Shown here in pieces: positions 1 through 10,451 of a DNA stretch of 64,000 bases. A model generated the notes under the pieces. The model was not told where the DNA came from and did not search any database. It saw only the letters and a list, made by a program, of their open reading frames with translations. Position 1 is the stretch's first letter; every line of letters begins with the position of its first letter. This stretch comes from an uncultured Nitrososphaerota archaeon (GTDB lineage Archaea > Thermoproteota > Nitrososphaeria > Conexivisphaerales > DTJL01): assembly GCA_963842885.1 (NCBI GenBank), contig CAWJIE010000002.1, forward strand, positions 64,001-128,000. Reading direction: 5' to 3'. The position numbers and the translations under genes are program-made.

Positions 1-662
1 TCCCGGATCGACTGCCGGAGGTCCGCCATCGCCTGGGAGTCCCTCTCCTTCACCGTGGCCAGGAGGGTGTCGACTATCTTGCTCTCGCCCGTGTTCGCCT
101 GCGGCTTCATAACCTCGGCGACGGCCTTCACCACTTCGACGGCCTCAGAGGTCTTGGTCCCTCCCTGCTGGGGCTGGACCATCATGGGGCTCCAGTAGCC
201 GGTGGTCTTCATCATGGGCCGGCCGAACTGGTCCAGGACGGGCTTGCCTTGCTCGTCCAGGATGGGCTCCTGCAACGGGAAGGCGCCGTAGGGTCCGGCC
301 ACCCCTCCCGCCTCCATCCATGCCGTCGATTTCATCAGCATATTCATCATGGCCATCTTCCCCATGTTCTCCATCATCTTGTCGCAGGCGTCCCCGCCCT
401 TGGGCCCTGCGACCTGCTGGTAGGTGATGGTTCTGCGGACGACGGGCTGCTTTGTGTCGGGATCGGTTATTTGCTTCCCCTTCTCGTCCAGGAGGGGCTC
501 CTCGTCGATTACCGCCGGCAGCACCCTCGCGTCCCCGGCGCCGAACTGCCCCTCATCTTTGAAGATCTGCTTGACTATGACGGCTTCCTTGGCCTGCTCC
601 ATCAGGGAGGGCTTCTCGGGCTGGGTCTTGGTCAGCTGGGCCCTCAGGTCCGCTAGTTCCTT
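1..662 (-). CDS. Continuation, in a shifted frame, of the 653..1447 protein; runs off the window edge
   Basis: Hand translation gives an unbroken frame KELADLRAQLTKTQPEKPSLMEQAKEAV...DLRQSIR with GC3-rich codons. It has no start codon at the junction and joins ...KEMEGRH with a 1-nt shift at ~663. Confidence 0.65.
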
Positions 663-1447
663 CCATGCCTCCCCTCCATCTCCTTGATGCGCCGGTCCGC
701 CCGTTCCTCCTCCTTGGCCCGTCTCTGCTCTTCGCGCATCTCCTTGAGGAGCTGCAGCACGGCTACGTCCTGGCCCGAGCCCTGCCCGGCGGTTCTCAGG
801 CGCAGGACCTGGTCGATCTCCATCTCCTTCTGCATATATTCGTTCATCCAGTCGCCGGAATCAGCCTCATTGTGCCCGTCCTTGTGCGCCTGTTTCTCGA
901 AGAGAGCCACCAAACCGGGCAAGGCTTCCGGCTTGAGGTCTCTTATCACCCTCTCGGACGCGACGAAGGCCCGCTGGTTTGAAAGCCCGGCTCCCGTCAG
1001 CAAGGGGTAGATTTGCAACGGGTTGTTTTCGTAATACTCCGGGTGAGTGTCTATCTCCGCCAACACGGGGCCCACCAACGATCTGTTGACGCCTGATATC
1101 GTCCTCAGGTGAGTGTTCAGGATGGATGATATGTCACTCTGCGGCTCGTATTTGGACTCCTTCTTCTCTTCGCGTTGCCCCTCGGAGTCGACCTTAGCCG
1201 TGACCGGCCCAGAGAACGTTCCGGCATCCCTTCCCCCGCTGTCACCCCGAATCCACGTGTTGAGGACCCTCGGATTCACCTTCAGTGCGCGGCTGGTCTC
1301 GTTCCTCTTGTATGCCTCGCCGTCCAGTACGATTGCTACCTCCCGGGTGGACTTTCCTTCGCGGCGTAGTTCCCGAACCCGCTCCTCCACAGCCTTTCTC
1401 CTCTCGCTTTCGGACGGTCCTGTTCTGTGCACCCTCTTCCCCGTCAC
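653..1447 (-). CDS. Hypothetical protein, N-terminal HTH-like and C-terminal coiled coil (5' part of a frameshifted gene)
   Basis: VRELRREGKSTREVA..LKVNPRVLNTWI resembles an HTH; charged helical C-terminus. Confidence 0.65.
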   Translation of the reverse strand: MTGKRVHRTGPSESERRKAVEERVRELRREGKSTREVAIVLDGEAYKRNETSRALKVNPRVLNTWIRGDSGGRDAGTFSGPVTAKVDSEGQREEKKESKYEPQSDISSILNTHLRTISGVNRSLVGPVLAEIDTHPEYYENNPLQIYPLLTGAGLSNQRAFVASERVIRDLKPEALPGLVALFEKQAHKDGHNEADSGDWMNEYMQKEMEIDQVLRLRTAGQGSGQDVAVLQLLKEMREEQRRAKEEERADRRIKEMEGRHGRN

Positions 1448-1840
1448 CCTTCACCTACCTGAAAACGCGAGTGTGTGGCGCCCAAATCGGGAATAGAGGG
1501 CCGAAACCTCAGTCGCAGTCCTCTCCGTCACCGCGCCAATTCTCTTTGGCAAGCGGGTGGGACAATAGCTGCGGTTTCCCGCATTCCTCGCCTTCGAAAT
1601 CGCAGGCCACAGGAGTTTGACGCCCACCTTCATCCGCTCCTGGAGAGATACTTCCCCCGAACCGGAAGGCCCATCGCCTGCCTCCTTCAAACCGACGATT
1701 TGTAAACCCAGAATCTTTCTATGGATGTTCACGACCTGGGGAGCGGATAGGGTTAATAAATAGGGCTTGAGTTGTCGCAAGTTGTCACAACTTTGCGAAT
1801 CACCGTTCGAAAAGTCAGGGGTTCCAGGGAAGCCAGTGAG

Positions 1841-2101
1841 ATGGAGGCCTCGGAAGCGTTTGACAAGCTGCCTGCAGCATACGACTATTCTCCGAGCGGT
1901 CTGTCTAGAAGCTTGGGAATGAACCGAAAAGTGATCAAAAGAGAGCTTGAACGCAAGGTGAAAGAGGGAAATTGGGAGAGGAGATTGCTGGCACGCCCTG
2001 ACGCCAAGAATGCTGGGCAGTTCCTGCGATCGCGAAGCCCTAGAATGGTAACGTACGGAGTACACTACCGCAAGAAGGAGCTTATCTCGCACAAGGACTA
2101 G
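1841..2101 (+). CDS. Small winged-helix-like protein
   Basis: YSPSGLSRSLGMNRKVIKRELERKVKEG is an HTH-like pattern; AT-rich TTAATAAATA upstream at ~1753; start uncertain. Confidence 0.5.
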   Translation: MEASEAFDKLPAAYDYSPSGLSRSLGMNRKVIKRELERKVKEGNWERRLLARPDAKNAGQFLRSRSPRMVTYGVHYRKKELISHKD

Positions 2102-2734
2102 GGCAATGGGAACTTCTCCCGCATATCCAGGAAGCGTCTTCTGCTGGGACTCCCGTGGTCAAGGGATCACACAGGCAACCTCCGAACCGAATGCCCCCGG
2201 TCAAAGGAGGTAGCTCTTTAGAACGGCTAAAGGCGGACTCAGTATCGTCCAACCTGCAATGAGCGACTCGTCTGAGAAACAGCGAGGACGCAAGCCCTTG
2301 AGCCCAAGGTATCCCGACATTTGCCGTCGCGATCAACGATAGTCTGACAATGCTCAGATATCGAACCTACCACTATGCCCCTATGGAGGAGTCTATGAGC
2401 TGTCTGGAAGCAGACTGTACTGCCAGACACCTAGACATCGGGAGAAGTCCACAAGAAGTCTATGACGAAATACAGTTGCAGGTCTAGGGTGGACCTTGTT
2501 TCGGTCCTCACAGACTCGCCACAGTGCAAGCCTGAGTCCATCCGGGTCTTGGCTACTGGTCTAGCAAGGTCTGATGCATATAGTTAGCTTGGTCGAAGAA
2601 GTCTACATAGCAACACGGCGAACTGACCTGGGAAAGACCGTGACAAGATGCCATCGCGAATGTCAGGCGTTTCCCCCCGTAGCGAAACGAAGCTGGCCCA
2701 GAGCAGCCTCATTGCCGAAAGCGGGGCGTGGACC

Positions 2735-3808
2735 CTACGGCAGTTTCTCTTCCAGTATCCTGACGATCCTCTCCGCGGCGTGGCCGTCCCCGAAGGGCTG
2801 CGTCCAATCCCTCCTCCTCTCCATCATCATGGAGGCCGCCCTCGCTATCCCCTCGGGCTCCACCCCGGCCACGACGTTGGCCCCAACCTCCACCGTCTCC
2901 GGCCTCTCCGTGTTCTCCCTGATGGTGACGCAGGGGACCTTCAGAATGCAGGCCTCCTCCTGGACGCCGCCGGAGTCGGTGAGGATCAGCCGGGCCTCGC
3001 TCTCCAGCTTCAGGAAGGAGAAGTAGTCCAGGGGCTCGACGACCTGGGTCCCTTCCGGGGGCTCAATGCCGTGCTCCCTGCACCTGCTCCTCGTCCTGGG
3101 ATGCATGGGGTAGACTATCTTCACCCCCAGCTTGGAGTGGACGAGCTCCAGCCCCCTGAAGATGCCCTTCAGCCTGGCGGGGTCGTCGACGTTCTCCTCC
3201 CTGTGGAGCGTGCAGAGGAGGTGGGGGCCGAAGTCGGCGACCTCCTTGCTTATGCTTTCCTTGGCCAGCTTCAGGTTCTGCTGGAGGGCGTCGACGATGG
3301 TGTTCCCCGTGACGAAGACCCTCTCCTCCGGTATCCCCTCCCTCAGCAGGTTCCTCCGGGCGCCCTCGGTGGGGGCGAAGAGGTAGTCCGAGACGTGGTC
3401 GGCCACCGTCCGGTTGATCTCCTCCGGCATCCTCCTGTCGAAGCTCCTCAGCCCGGCCTCCACGTGGCCCACCCTGATGTGGAGCTTGGCGGCGGCCAGC
3501 GCCCCGGCCAGGACGGTGTTCGTGTCCCCCTCGACCAGGACGACGTCGGGCCTCTCCTTCATGAGCACCTCCTCTATGCCGATGAGCATCTTGCCGGTCT
3601 CCTCGGCGTGGGTCCCCGAGCCCACCCCCAGGTTGTACTTCGGCTGGGGGAGCTTCAGCCCCTCGAGGAAGACGGCGTCCATGTCGCGGGTGTAGTGCTG
3701 CCCGGTGTGGAGGATGAAGTAGCTCCCTTCCTGGCGCTCCAGCTCCCGTATGATCGGGGACATCTTGATGATTTCGGGCCTGGTGCCCAGGATGATGGAG
3801 ATTCGCAT
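2735..3808 (-). CDS. wecB: UDP-N-acetylglucosamine 2-epimerase (non-hydrolysing)
   Basis: GTRPEIIK, HTGQH, EGDTNT, HVEAGLRS, PEEINR, TDSGGVQEEA, TERPE and PFGDG motifs. Confidence 0.97.
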   Translation of the reverse strand: MRISIILGTRPEIIKMSPIIRELERQEGSYFILHTGQHYTRDMDAVFLEGLKLPQPKYNLGVGSGTHAEETGKMLIGIEEVLMKERPDVVLVEGDTNTVLAGALAAAKLHIRVGHVEAGLRSFDRRMPEEINRTVADHVSDYLFAPTEGARRNLLREGIPEERVFVTGNTIVDALQQNLKLAKESISKEVADFGPHLLCTLHREENVDDPARLKGIFRGLELVHSKLGVKIVYPMHPRTRSRCREHGIEPPEGTQVVEPLDYFSFLKLESEARLILTDSGGVQEEACILKVPCVTIRENTERPETVEVGANVVAGVEPEGIARAASMMMERRRDWTQPFGDGHAAERIVRILEEKLP

Positions 3809-4145
3809 TTCCTCTACGAACATGTGCACTAGCGAAGGGTTTCTTATATCTCTACAAATGGCCTCCAACAGGCATCCAGCCATACGCGTGCTACGGCCGA
3901 CGGTCTCTCACTAGGACGGGTTCTGTAGAGAAGGTGGGGAGGAGCGAATCCTCTGGCAATCGGCTCAAGTGACCAACCGACGAAAGAGCACCTTATGGCA
4001 GGCCAAGTGTCACCGCTACTCTCTTGGCGGCCGTGGGGGCGATCCTCGCCATCATCCTGGGGGCTTTTTGTAGCACCGCAGTGGCGTGGAGGTTCGTCGG
4101 ACAAAGGCTGGGGACGAACGTCAGATTCTCGAGGATGTGGAAGCA

Positions 4146-5006
4146 TTACCCGGCCTTCGGTTTTGGCGGCCCCCAGTCGTCGTACAAAGGATCTTGCATG
4201 CTTCCGCCGCTCCATTTTGCGGCTGAACGACGAGGTTCACTTTTTGGCTTTGCGACAATGAGAAGATTAGCGTCACCCTTAGCAAGGCTGGGTTCTGCCA
4301 AATGAAATAGAATGAACATCCAAACATGAACTAACGAAGAAAGAACCAGCCTAAACAAGAGGTGCCTTCGGTCAGCTCTGAAATTGGCTGGGGCCAAAGA
4401 GAAAATCCTCCAGGTACTCATTCTCAACCATTTCCTACTCGAGACGGCCTCCAGACCATTTTGCGAGAGCAGATCGACCAATTGCTCTAGCGTATAGTGT
4501 CTCACATGTTCCCTGATTCCTTGTTCGAGAGGGATTCTGCTCGCGTTGGGGGTAGTGATGAGAATCCGACAGTCTGTCGTTGCCACCCTAGCCATTTCCC
4601 TTGCGGCCAGATGGTCATCCCGAAGGTGCTCAATCACTTCAGTGCAGACTATGACTTCGGCGACACCACCTCTTAGCGGGAGCCACTCGGCGCTCGCCAT
4701 TATGGAGTTCAAACCGCAACGACGTAGCTGACGTGTTATCTCTGGCGTGAAGCCCATGCTCCCCACTGACGGTATATCCAAGGCGATAATGTTGCTCGAG
4801 TGGATGTATCTTGTAAACGAAGCGGGGCCCGCCCCGACATCAAGAATCACGGCGTCAGCTCTAGTTCCCTGCAATTCTCTTCGCAGAGCATGTCTAACAG
4901 AATAGTTGAACTGAGAGTCAAGGAAAACCTCCTGGAATAGTTCATGACCATACGAAAGGTCGTAGAGAGTATTGAGCAATCTATCAGTGCAAGTCATACC
5001 GTTCAC
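4146..5006 (-). CDS. Class I SAM-dependent methyltransferase
   Basis: ILDVGAG, CTEVIEHL, ITTPN, HVRHYT motifs. Confidence 0.85.
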   Translation of the reverse strand: MNGMTCTDRLLNTLYDLSYGHELFQEVFLDSQFNYSVRHALRRELQGTRADAVILDVGAGPASFTRYIHSSNIIALDIPSVGSMGFTPEITRQLRRCGLNSIMASAEWLPLRGGVAEVIVCTEVIEHLRDDHLAAREMARVATTDCRILITTPNASRIPLEQGIREHVRHYTLEQLVDLLSQNGLEAVSSRKWLRMSTWRIFSLAPANFRADRRHLLFRLVLSSLVHVWMFILFHLAEPSLAKGDANLLIVAKPKSEPRRSAAKWSGGSMQDPLYDDWGPPKPKAG

Positions 5007-5008
5007 AA

Positions 5009-5158
5009 CCGACGTTGGCGCCCCCCTCCATCATCTCAGGCCTCTACATGTTCTCCCTTATGGTCACGCAGGGAACCTTCAATACACAGGTCTCCTCCTG
5101 GACGCCCCCAGAGTCCGTGAGGATGAGCTAGGCCTTGCTCCAAATTTAGGAAGGAGGT
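5009..5158 (-). pseudogene. Degenerate internal fragment of a second wecB
   Basis: DNA aligns by eye with 2870-3020 of wecB (ILTDSGGVQEE..C.LKVPCVTIREN segment) and carries indels. Confidence 0.8.
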
Positions 5159-5190
5159 GACCACACAGAGCATATTGCACTTAACACGTA

Positions 5191-6192
5191 CTAGTGACTC
5201 ATCTTGTATTCGATGATCCGGTCCACAGAATCCGCCGGTCGAAGAAAGCTGACAAGACCCAATTCTTCCTTCGCTCTACTAACATCGATAGTCATTTTCT
5301 CTTTGTCAGATAAATCAAACATTTGAGGAAGTCCCTTGTCAACTACTTTAACGACGGGGCTGAGCCTGTTGTCGGAATGTTTCGAAATCGAGTTGGAGAC
5401 TATGTTAGCAAGCTCAATGATTGTAATGGGTTCAGGGCAGTAGACGTTGAATATGTGATGGAAGTCCAAGGCACTTCCTCTACTCGCGCCCCCAAGAATC
5501 TTGTCGGCAAATGATTCAAACGCTGTACAGACATCTTGGATGTCAACATAGAGCATGGGCCTATGCATGCTATGCTTGAAAGGCGTGAGTGTCTCCCCTT
5601 TCAAACCTCTATCTATGAAGGTATTCGCAGCAGTCACTTCTGGCATGCCTATTCCTAAGACAGTGCCCATCCTGATTATCCCAAAGACCTTGTCAGACAT
5701 TGCATCATAATAACGCACAATAGACTCTTGCGCAATCTTGGAGAGGGTGTAAAGCTTTGCCCTATCCTCCACTTTATCCGGCCTGAATCCAAACTCCTCA
5801 TTGACTGTCCCTGAAATGTCGCGCTCGCCAATGGTGTGCCATGAACTTGTCAGAATCAGGCCGCTCCCTTTCGACTCGGACACAGCCCTGCAGACATTCT
5901 GTGTGCCAATGAGATTGACCTCGTATCCCAGCTTCGCCTCGGAGTTGATTCTAGGTATCTGAATGACTGCTGTATGGATTATCAGGCCCGAGTCGGAAAT
6001 GCAATCTCGAACTGCTTCGTAGTCACGGATGTCACATTTTCTGAAGACGCAGTTACCTTGCCCAAGGTCCCAGCTCGGTTCTACGATATCTAGTATTACC
6101 ACCTTGTGGTGTTTGCTGAAGTGCCGTGCAAGCTCGCCACCAACGTAGCCTGCTCCACCTACCACCCCAATGCTCCATTCATTCGGCTCCAC
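5191..6192 (-). CDS. NAD-dependent epimerase/dehydratase (extended SDR)
   Basis: GGAGYVG Rossmann motif, VNLIGTQNV, YTLSK catalytic motif. Confidence 0.92.
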   Translation of the reverse strand: MEPNEWSIGVVGGAGYVGGELARHFSKHHKVVILDIVEPSWDLGQGNCVFRKCDIRDYEAVRDCISDSGLIIHTAVIQIPRINSEAKLGYEVNLIGTQNVCRAVSESKGSGLILTSSWHTIGERDISGTVNEEFGFRPDKVEDRAKLYTLSKIAQESIVRYYDAMSDKVFGIIRMGTVLGIGMPEVTAANTFIDRGLKGETLTPFKHSMHRPMLYVDIQDVCTAFESFADKILGGASRGSALDFHHIFNVYCPEPITIIELANIVSNSISKHSDNRLSPVVKVVDKGLPQMFDLSDKEKMTIDVSRAKEELGLVSFLRPADSVDRIIEYKMSH

Positions 6193-6230
6193 ATCAAATC
6201 ACCAATTCATTCACCGACCGAATTGAGCTA

Positions 6231-9200
6231 TTAGCTCTTCCGGCGGGCGATTACCAAGTATGCGACCACCATAACGGCCATCAGGAACAGGGGATTAAGC
6301 AAAGCAGTTTCCCATGGAACCAAGTAGTCATTGTATGGAGTAGCGTTGTAAGCAACTTGATACCGCCCACTGAATTTCATGTCTGTTGAAAGTACGTATG
6401 TTTGATCAGCACCCAAGAGTCTTATGCTGACATTCCCTTCAATCGTGACGGTCTTCCATGGGCTATAGATAGTGTAAGGCCATGTCAAGAATGAATCGTT
6501 CAGTACTAAACTGCCCCTCGCTTCTACGAAAGGAGCCTTCAGATAAACTTGATTTGCGAGAGAACTTAGTTTGAACGAAACTGTGCCGTTAGTAATAACG
6601 GCACTCACTTCATTGCCTCCACTAGTGTCGATTTCGACTAAAAGTGCTGACCCGCCGCCAAGGTCCAGCCTGAGCAAGGTGTCATTCGTGAAACTGACTC
6701 CGACGTACTCGTCAATCCCTGGGGGCTCTAGAGAAAAAGAGGAACCGAGCAGACTGACATTGACATCGCCTAGGACTTCATATGAAAGCAAGCGGCCTTC
6801 CAAGAGGCCGCCAACCGACGAGGTTTCATTTCCGGAAAGAAATCGAACGTCGCTAGAAGAAGCGTCCATAGTGATTTCGAGTGGATTGGAAAGGAGAGCG
6901 GCACCCGCTGGATCATTGACCAATGCGATCGCGTTAAGTCTCATGACAGCAGAGCCACCTGCGGCATCGGAGTGGCCGGTCCAGTAGATGCTCTTGATCA
7001 CCCCGAAATTAAACCCAGTCAAATCGAAGACAAGCTGTTCTTCACTATGACCATTCACTGTTTCGGGCGTCCATCCTCGCAGCACATATGTTCCAGTATC
7101 GGTCGTAAGTCGCAAGAAACCGAACGTGTAATTCCCAACTTGGATGGATTCGTCGATGTAGAGGTATTTGGCGCTGACATTGGGAACCGCCAGAGAAACA
7201 TACTGCCATACGTTGCTCGCCGAGGCGTTCAGTACAACAGTGACCCCGTTATTGCTGGGTGTTTCTACTGCCGTACTGAAAGTCGCATTTAGAGTGGAGA
7301 AACTCCATCCAGAGCTGAGATTGGTGTCGTCCCATATGATAGTAGAAGATGCTTTGGGGTCGGCGCCGGGAATGTACATTGAGCTAGCCGAGATGCTGAC
7401 ATTGCCCACTGCAGTCAGGTCCCCTTCTGTCAGAATGACTCCTGAATGTGCCTGAGCTGAATCCGTCTGCGGCAGGCCTTCAAAAAGAATCGACAGGTAC
7501 TCGCGGGCATAGGAAGGCAGTGAGAGGCTGCTGTTCGCCAAGTCACCGCCCAGCAGAGCAGCCAATTCGAGAACTGTCACAGAAGTGTTTCCAAGCTCCC
7601 CCGCGAAGACCAGAGGAGAGCCCATTGCGCCCGATTCGGTAGAATAGCCCAGTATCCGGGTAGTCGTGTTGGACGCTTCGAAGATGGGCACTTTAATATC
7701 TCCTGCTGTGTCAACAGACTTGTTCGCGAGCACCAAAGTGTTTGATAGTGTCACGTTAGGGAGGGAATCGATTCCGAGATAGTTCGAGATCAACCCGCCA
7801 GATAGGTCAGTCTCAAGAACGATAACCTGCTGGCTTGAGCTTTCGAGTCTTTGAACAATAGTATTCTCAATCGCAGAATCGGTGTTAATGTCACCCACCA
7901 GAACAACGTTCCGCTGCGAAGGCAGAACATTCGAGCTTTCCGTAGTATAATCGAGCCCAAGAGTAGATACTATTCCTAAGACTTCCTGAATCAATTTGGT
8001 GTCTTCGTTCGAAACCACAATCGATGTTGCGGCAGAATCTGACGGCGGTGCAAAATGGGGCACACTCAGTATGGTTGCGGAACTGCTAGAATAGAGAACT
8101 GAAGAGAAAGAGGCTGCCCAATCCGGCAGACTGCTGTACTGGGAGTTCTCTCCATCCAGGAGAACGTATCTGTAAGGGGAATCGCCATATTCGACAAATG
8201 AGTTGTATGTCAAGAAGCTGGCCAGACACGACATGCAAGATGTCTGCATCAGGAAATCGCCATAATAGTAGTCCGGGTTCAGCCGTGTGAAATCCTCGAT
8301 TAGCGGGAAGGACGCGAGCGTCGATGCTACCGTAGAAGAAGGTTCACCGGTGTTCTTGAGAAAATCCAAAGCGTCCAGTTGCCCTGCAGTCAGGAGGGAT
8401 TGCGGGCTGGAGCGACCTACAATCTCATAGGTTTTGGAGGCCATACCTACAACTAGAAGAACTGCGATAAACGTGAATGCCAAGCCTCGTGCAACGAAGC
8501 CAGAAAAGTTGCTATGGAGCACTTCAAGAACAACCGCGAATAGAAACCCCACCATAACGGAAATGCCCACCCACATAAATTCGCCGGGAATTCTGTCCGC
8601 AGGGTAAAAGGGCAAGGAAGTCGCCCCCAAATAGGTATTGACCCTCTCAACCAAGAACGCTAGTAAGACTATGGCCCACGATATCGAAAACGCACTTTTT
8701 GCGACGCCTAGTTTCCCGTCTTTGAACGAGATTGAAATGATGAAGAGGAACAAAGGCAATCCCAAGGTCACGGGATATAGGAACCAAGGGAATTCAAGAC
8801 CGAGCACAGCTACATATTCCTCCCTAGGGACAGCCCACCATAAACTAAGCCCAAGGGCCAAGCAGGAGATGAGTAGGATGACAATCCAGTCGCGGAGGCG
8901 GAATACTGTCGCAGCCACTCTGTCGACAGCCCGGTGCATTTTGTCGAGATGAACTCCAAGTTGCGCCTCTATAAGCAAGTAAGCCATAGATGCATAGAGC
9001 GCTAAATACTCTATAGAAAAAGGAGAAGCTAATATGTATACTCTCTGGGGGGCAACGAGGTCCACCCCAAGCACAAACAGGAGGCCCAAAATCAGAGAAT
9101 AGACGAAGAGTCCGACGTTAGCAACTTTGTCTCTGTAGACGAATACGAGTAGCACTACTAGGAATACCAGTACAAGCGCTTCTGCCTCATGAGTCAGGAA

Positions 9201-10451
9201 TGCGGTAGCGAAAAGCATTGCCAGGAATACTACCTGTCTCTTGCCTTGCGCCTTCCCCGAGACGACAAATGTCAAAATCATCAAGAAACACGCAATCCCG
9301 ATCGATTTGGCAAAAAGGAAAAGTGGAAAAGGCTGGGCACCCGACATTACATCGGCTGTCCCAGCCGACACGAATCCTATTGCCGAAGACCAGCTCTGTG
9401 TCCCTGAGCCTACCAGGTAGTCTACGTATAAGCCTCCGAAACCCGAAAAGAGGGAGAAGACCAGACTGGCCAGAGCCGCTATCCTTTTTCCAGCGAGACT
9501 GCGCACTAGGGAATAGAACGCTAAGGTTGGAAGGATCGCGATGACAGGAACAAGAAGAATATATCCATTAATCAGAGAATTGGCGACCAGACTTAAGTAT
9601 GTGCCTAGGAACATGGGTTCCCAGTAGAAGCCCGGAATGAAATCAAAGATTGTGCCATAAGCCACTTGTAAGGACTTCCCATATGTAACCCATTCATCGT
9701 AGTTGACAGGAATCTTGAAGGGATAACTCAAGTAGATCGTTACGAACGCAATCAGAACGCAGATTACAGCGACCGAGAGACTGGCAGAATCTAAGGAAAT
9801 GGTCAGCTCTGTTTGGCCACTCTTCAGACAGTAGAGCCCAGCAACAACTATGTTGATAACAACCAATAAGTATGGAGCGACGAGTATGGCTTGAATTCTA
9901 AGTATGCTCGGAAGGAAGGACGCCGTCGCGGATATGAAAATGCTTACCAGTATAGATCCTACGACACGCTCTGGCAAACTAGTTTTCCGCATGACGAACT
10001 TTGTCAGAAAGAAACCAGGGAAGAAGGCGCTCAATAGTATCGCGGAAGCAATCCTGGCCAAATTGACCCAAGAAAGGGCTTGCCAGTTCACGAATTGTGA
10101 GGACGCCTGCTGAATCGGTAAGAGCACCAAAATCAGACAAACAAGCCAAGGCAAGAGCAGCAGCCTAGAATCCACTGTTCTATTCCGGAATGTTAGGCGA
10201 GGAGGGCCTTCTATTCCTGCTCCAACCGTAGCGGTGAATACTGCGGTCGACACCAAAATGGAAAGGGGCAGAGAAATGTCTATGGACGAGGACCTGAGAT
10301 AAGTCGCTAATCCTGAGGCCAGAGAAAGAAGAAGGCAAGCTGCAATACTAAGGCTCTTCAAGTCTTTACTCGCCGTCGCGGTCCAGCCTGAGTTCCCGGA
10401 GAACAGATTCTGCCAAAGACTGAAACTCGGCCGAGGACCTATCAATGCCAT
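6231..10451 (-). CDS. Large polytopic membrane protein, GT-C-fold-like N-terminal half plus long extracytoplasmic region (true start probably ~10362)
   Basis: Many hydrophobic helices in the first ~670 aa; YDEW acidic loop; ALDFLKNTGEPSSTVAS after the last helix; S/T/N-rich beta region; C-terminal TM helix plus RRKS. Confidence 0.75.
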   Translation of the reverse strand: MALIGPRPSFSLWQNLFSGNSGWTATASKDLKSLSIAACLLLSLASGLATYLRSSSIDISLPLSILVSTAVFTATVGAGIEGPPRLTFRNRTVDSRLLLLPWLVCLILVLLPIQQASSQFVNWQALSWVNLARIASAILLSAFFPGFFLTKFVMRKTSLPERVVGSILVSIFISATASFLPSILRIQAILVAPYLLVVINIVVAGLYCLKSGQTELTISLDSASLSVAVICVLIAFVTIYLSYPFKIPVNYDEWVTYGKSLQVAYGTIFDFIPGFYWEPMFLGTYLSLVANSLINGYILLVPVIAILPTLAFYSLVRSLAGKRIAALASLVFSLFSGFGGLYVDYLVGSGTQSWSSAIGFVSAGTADVMSGAQPFPLFLFAKSIGIACFLMILTFVVSGKAQGKRQVVFLAMLFATAFLTHEAEALVLVFLVVLLVFVYRDKVANVGLFVYSLILGLLFVLGVDLVAPQRVYILASPFSIEYLALYASMAYLLIEAQLGVHLDKMHRAVDRVAATVFRLRDWIVILLISCLALGLSLWWAVPREEYVAVLGLEFPWFLYPVTLGLPLFLFIISISFKDGKLGVAKSAFSISWAIVLLAFLVERVNTYLGATSLPFYPADRIPGEFMWVGISVMVGFLFAVVLEVLHSNFSGFVARGLAFTFIAVLLVVGMASKTYEIVGRSSPQSLLTAGQLDALDFLKNTGEPSSTVASTLASFPLIEDFTRLNPDYYYGDFLMQTSCMSCLASFLTYNSFVEYGDSPYRYVLLDGENSQYSSLPDWAASFSSVLYSSSSATILSVPHFAPPSDSAATSIVVSNEDTKLIQEVLGIVSTLGLDYTTESSNVLPSQRNVVLVGDINTDSAIENTIVQRLESSSQQVIVLETDLSGGLISNYLGIDSLPNVTLSNTLVLANKSVDTAGDIKVPIFEASNTTTRILGYSTESGAMGSPLVFAGELGNTSVTVLELAALLGGDLANSSLSLPSYAREYLSILFEGLPQTDSAQAHSGVILTEGDLTAVGNVSISASSMYIPGADPKASSTIIWDDTNLSSGWSFSTLNATFSTAVETPSNNGVTVVLNASASNVWQYVSLAVPNVSAKYLYIDESIQVGNYTFGFLRLTTDTGTYVLRGWTPETVNGHSEEQLVFDLTGFNFGVIKSIYWTGHSDAAGGSAVMRLNAIALVNDPAGAALLSNPLEITMDASSSDVRFLSGNETSSVGGLLEGRLLSYEVLGDVNVSLLGSSFSLEPPGIDEYVGVSFTNDTLLRLDLGGGSALLVEIDTSGGNEVSAVITNGTVSFKLSSLANQVYLKAPFVEARGSLVLNDSFLTWPYTIYSPWKTVTIEGNVSIRLLGADQTYVLSTDMKFSGRYQVAYNATPYNDYLVPWETALLNPLFLMAVMVVAYLVIARRKS

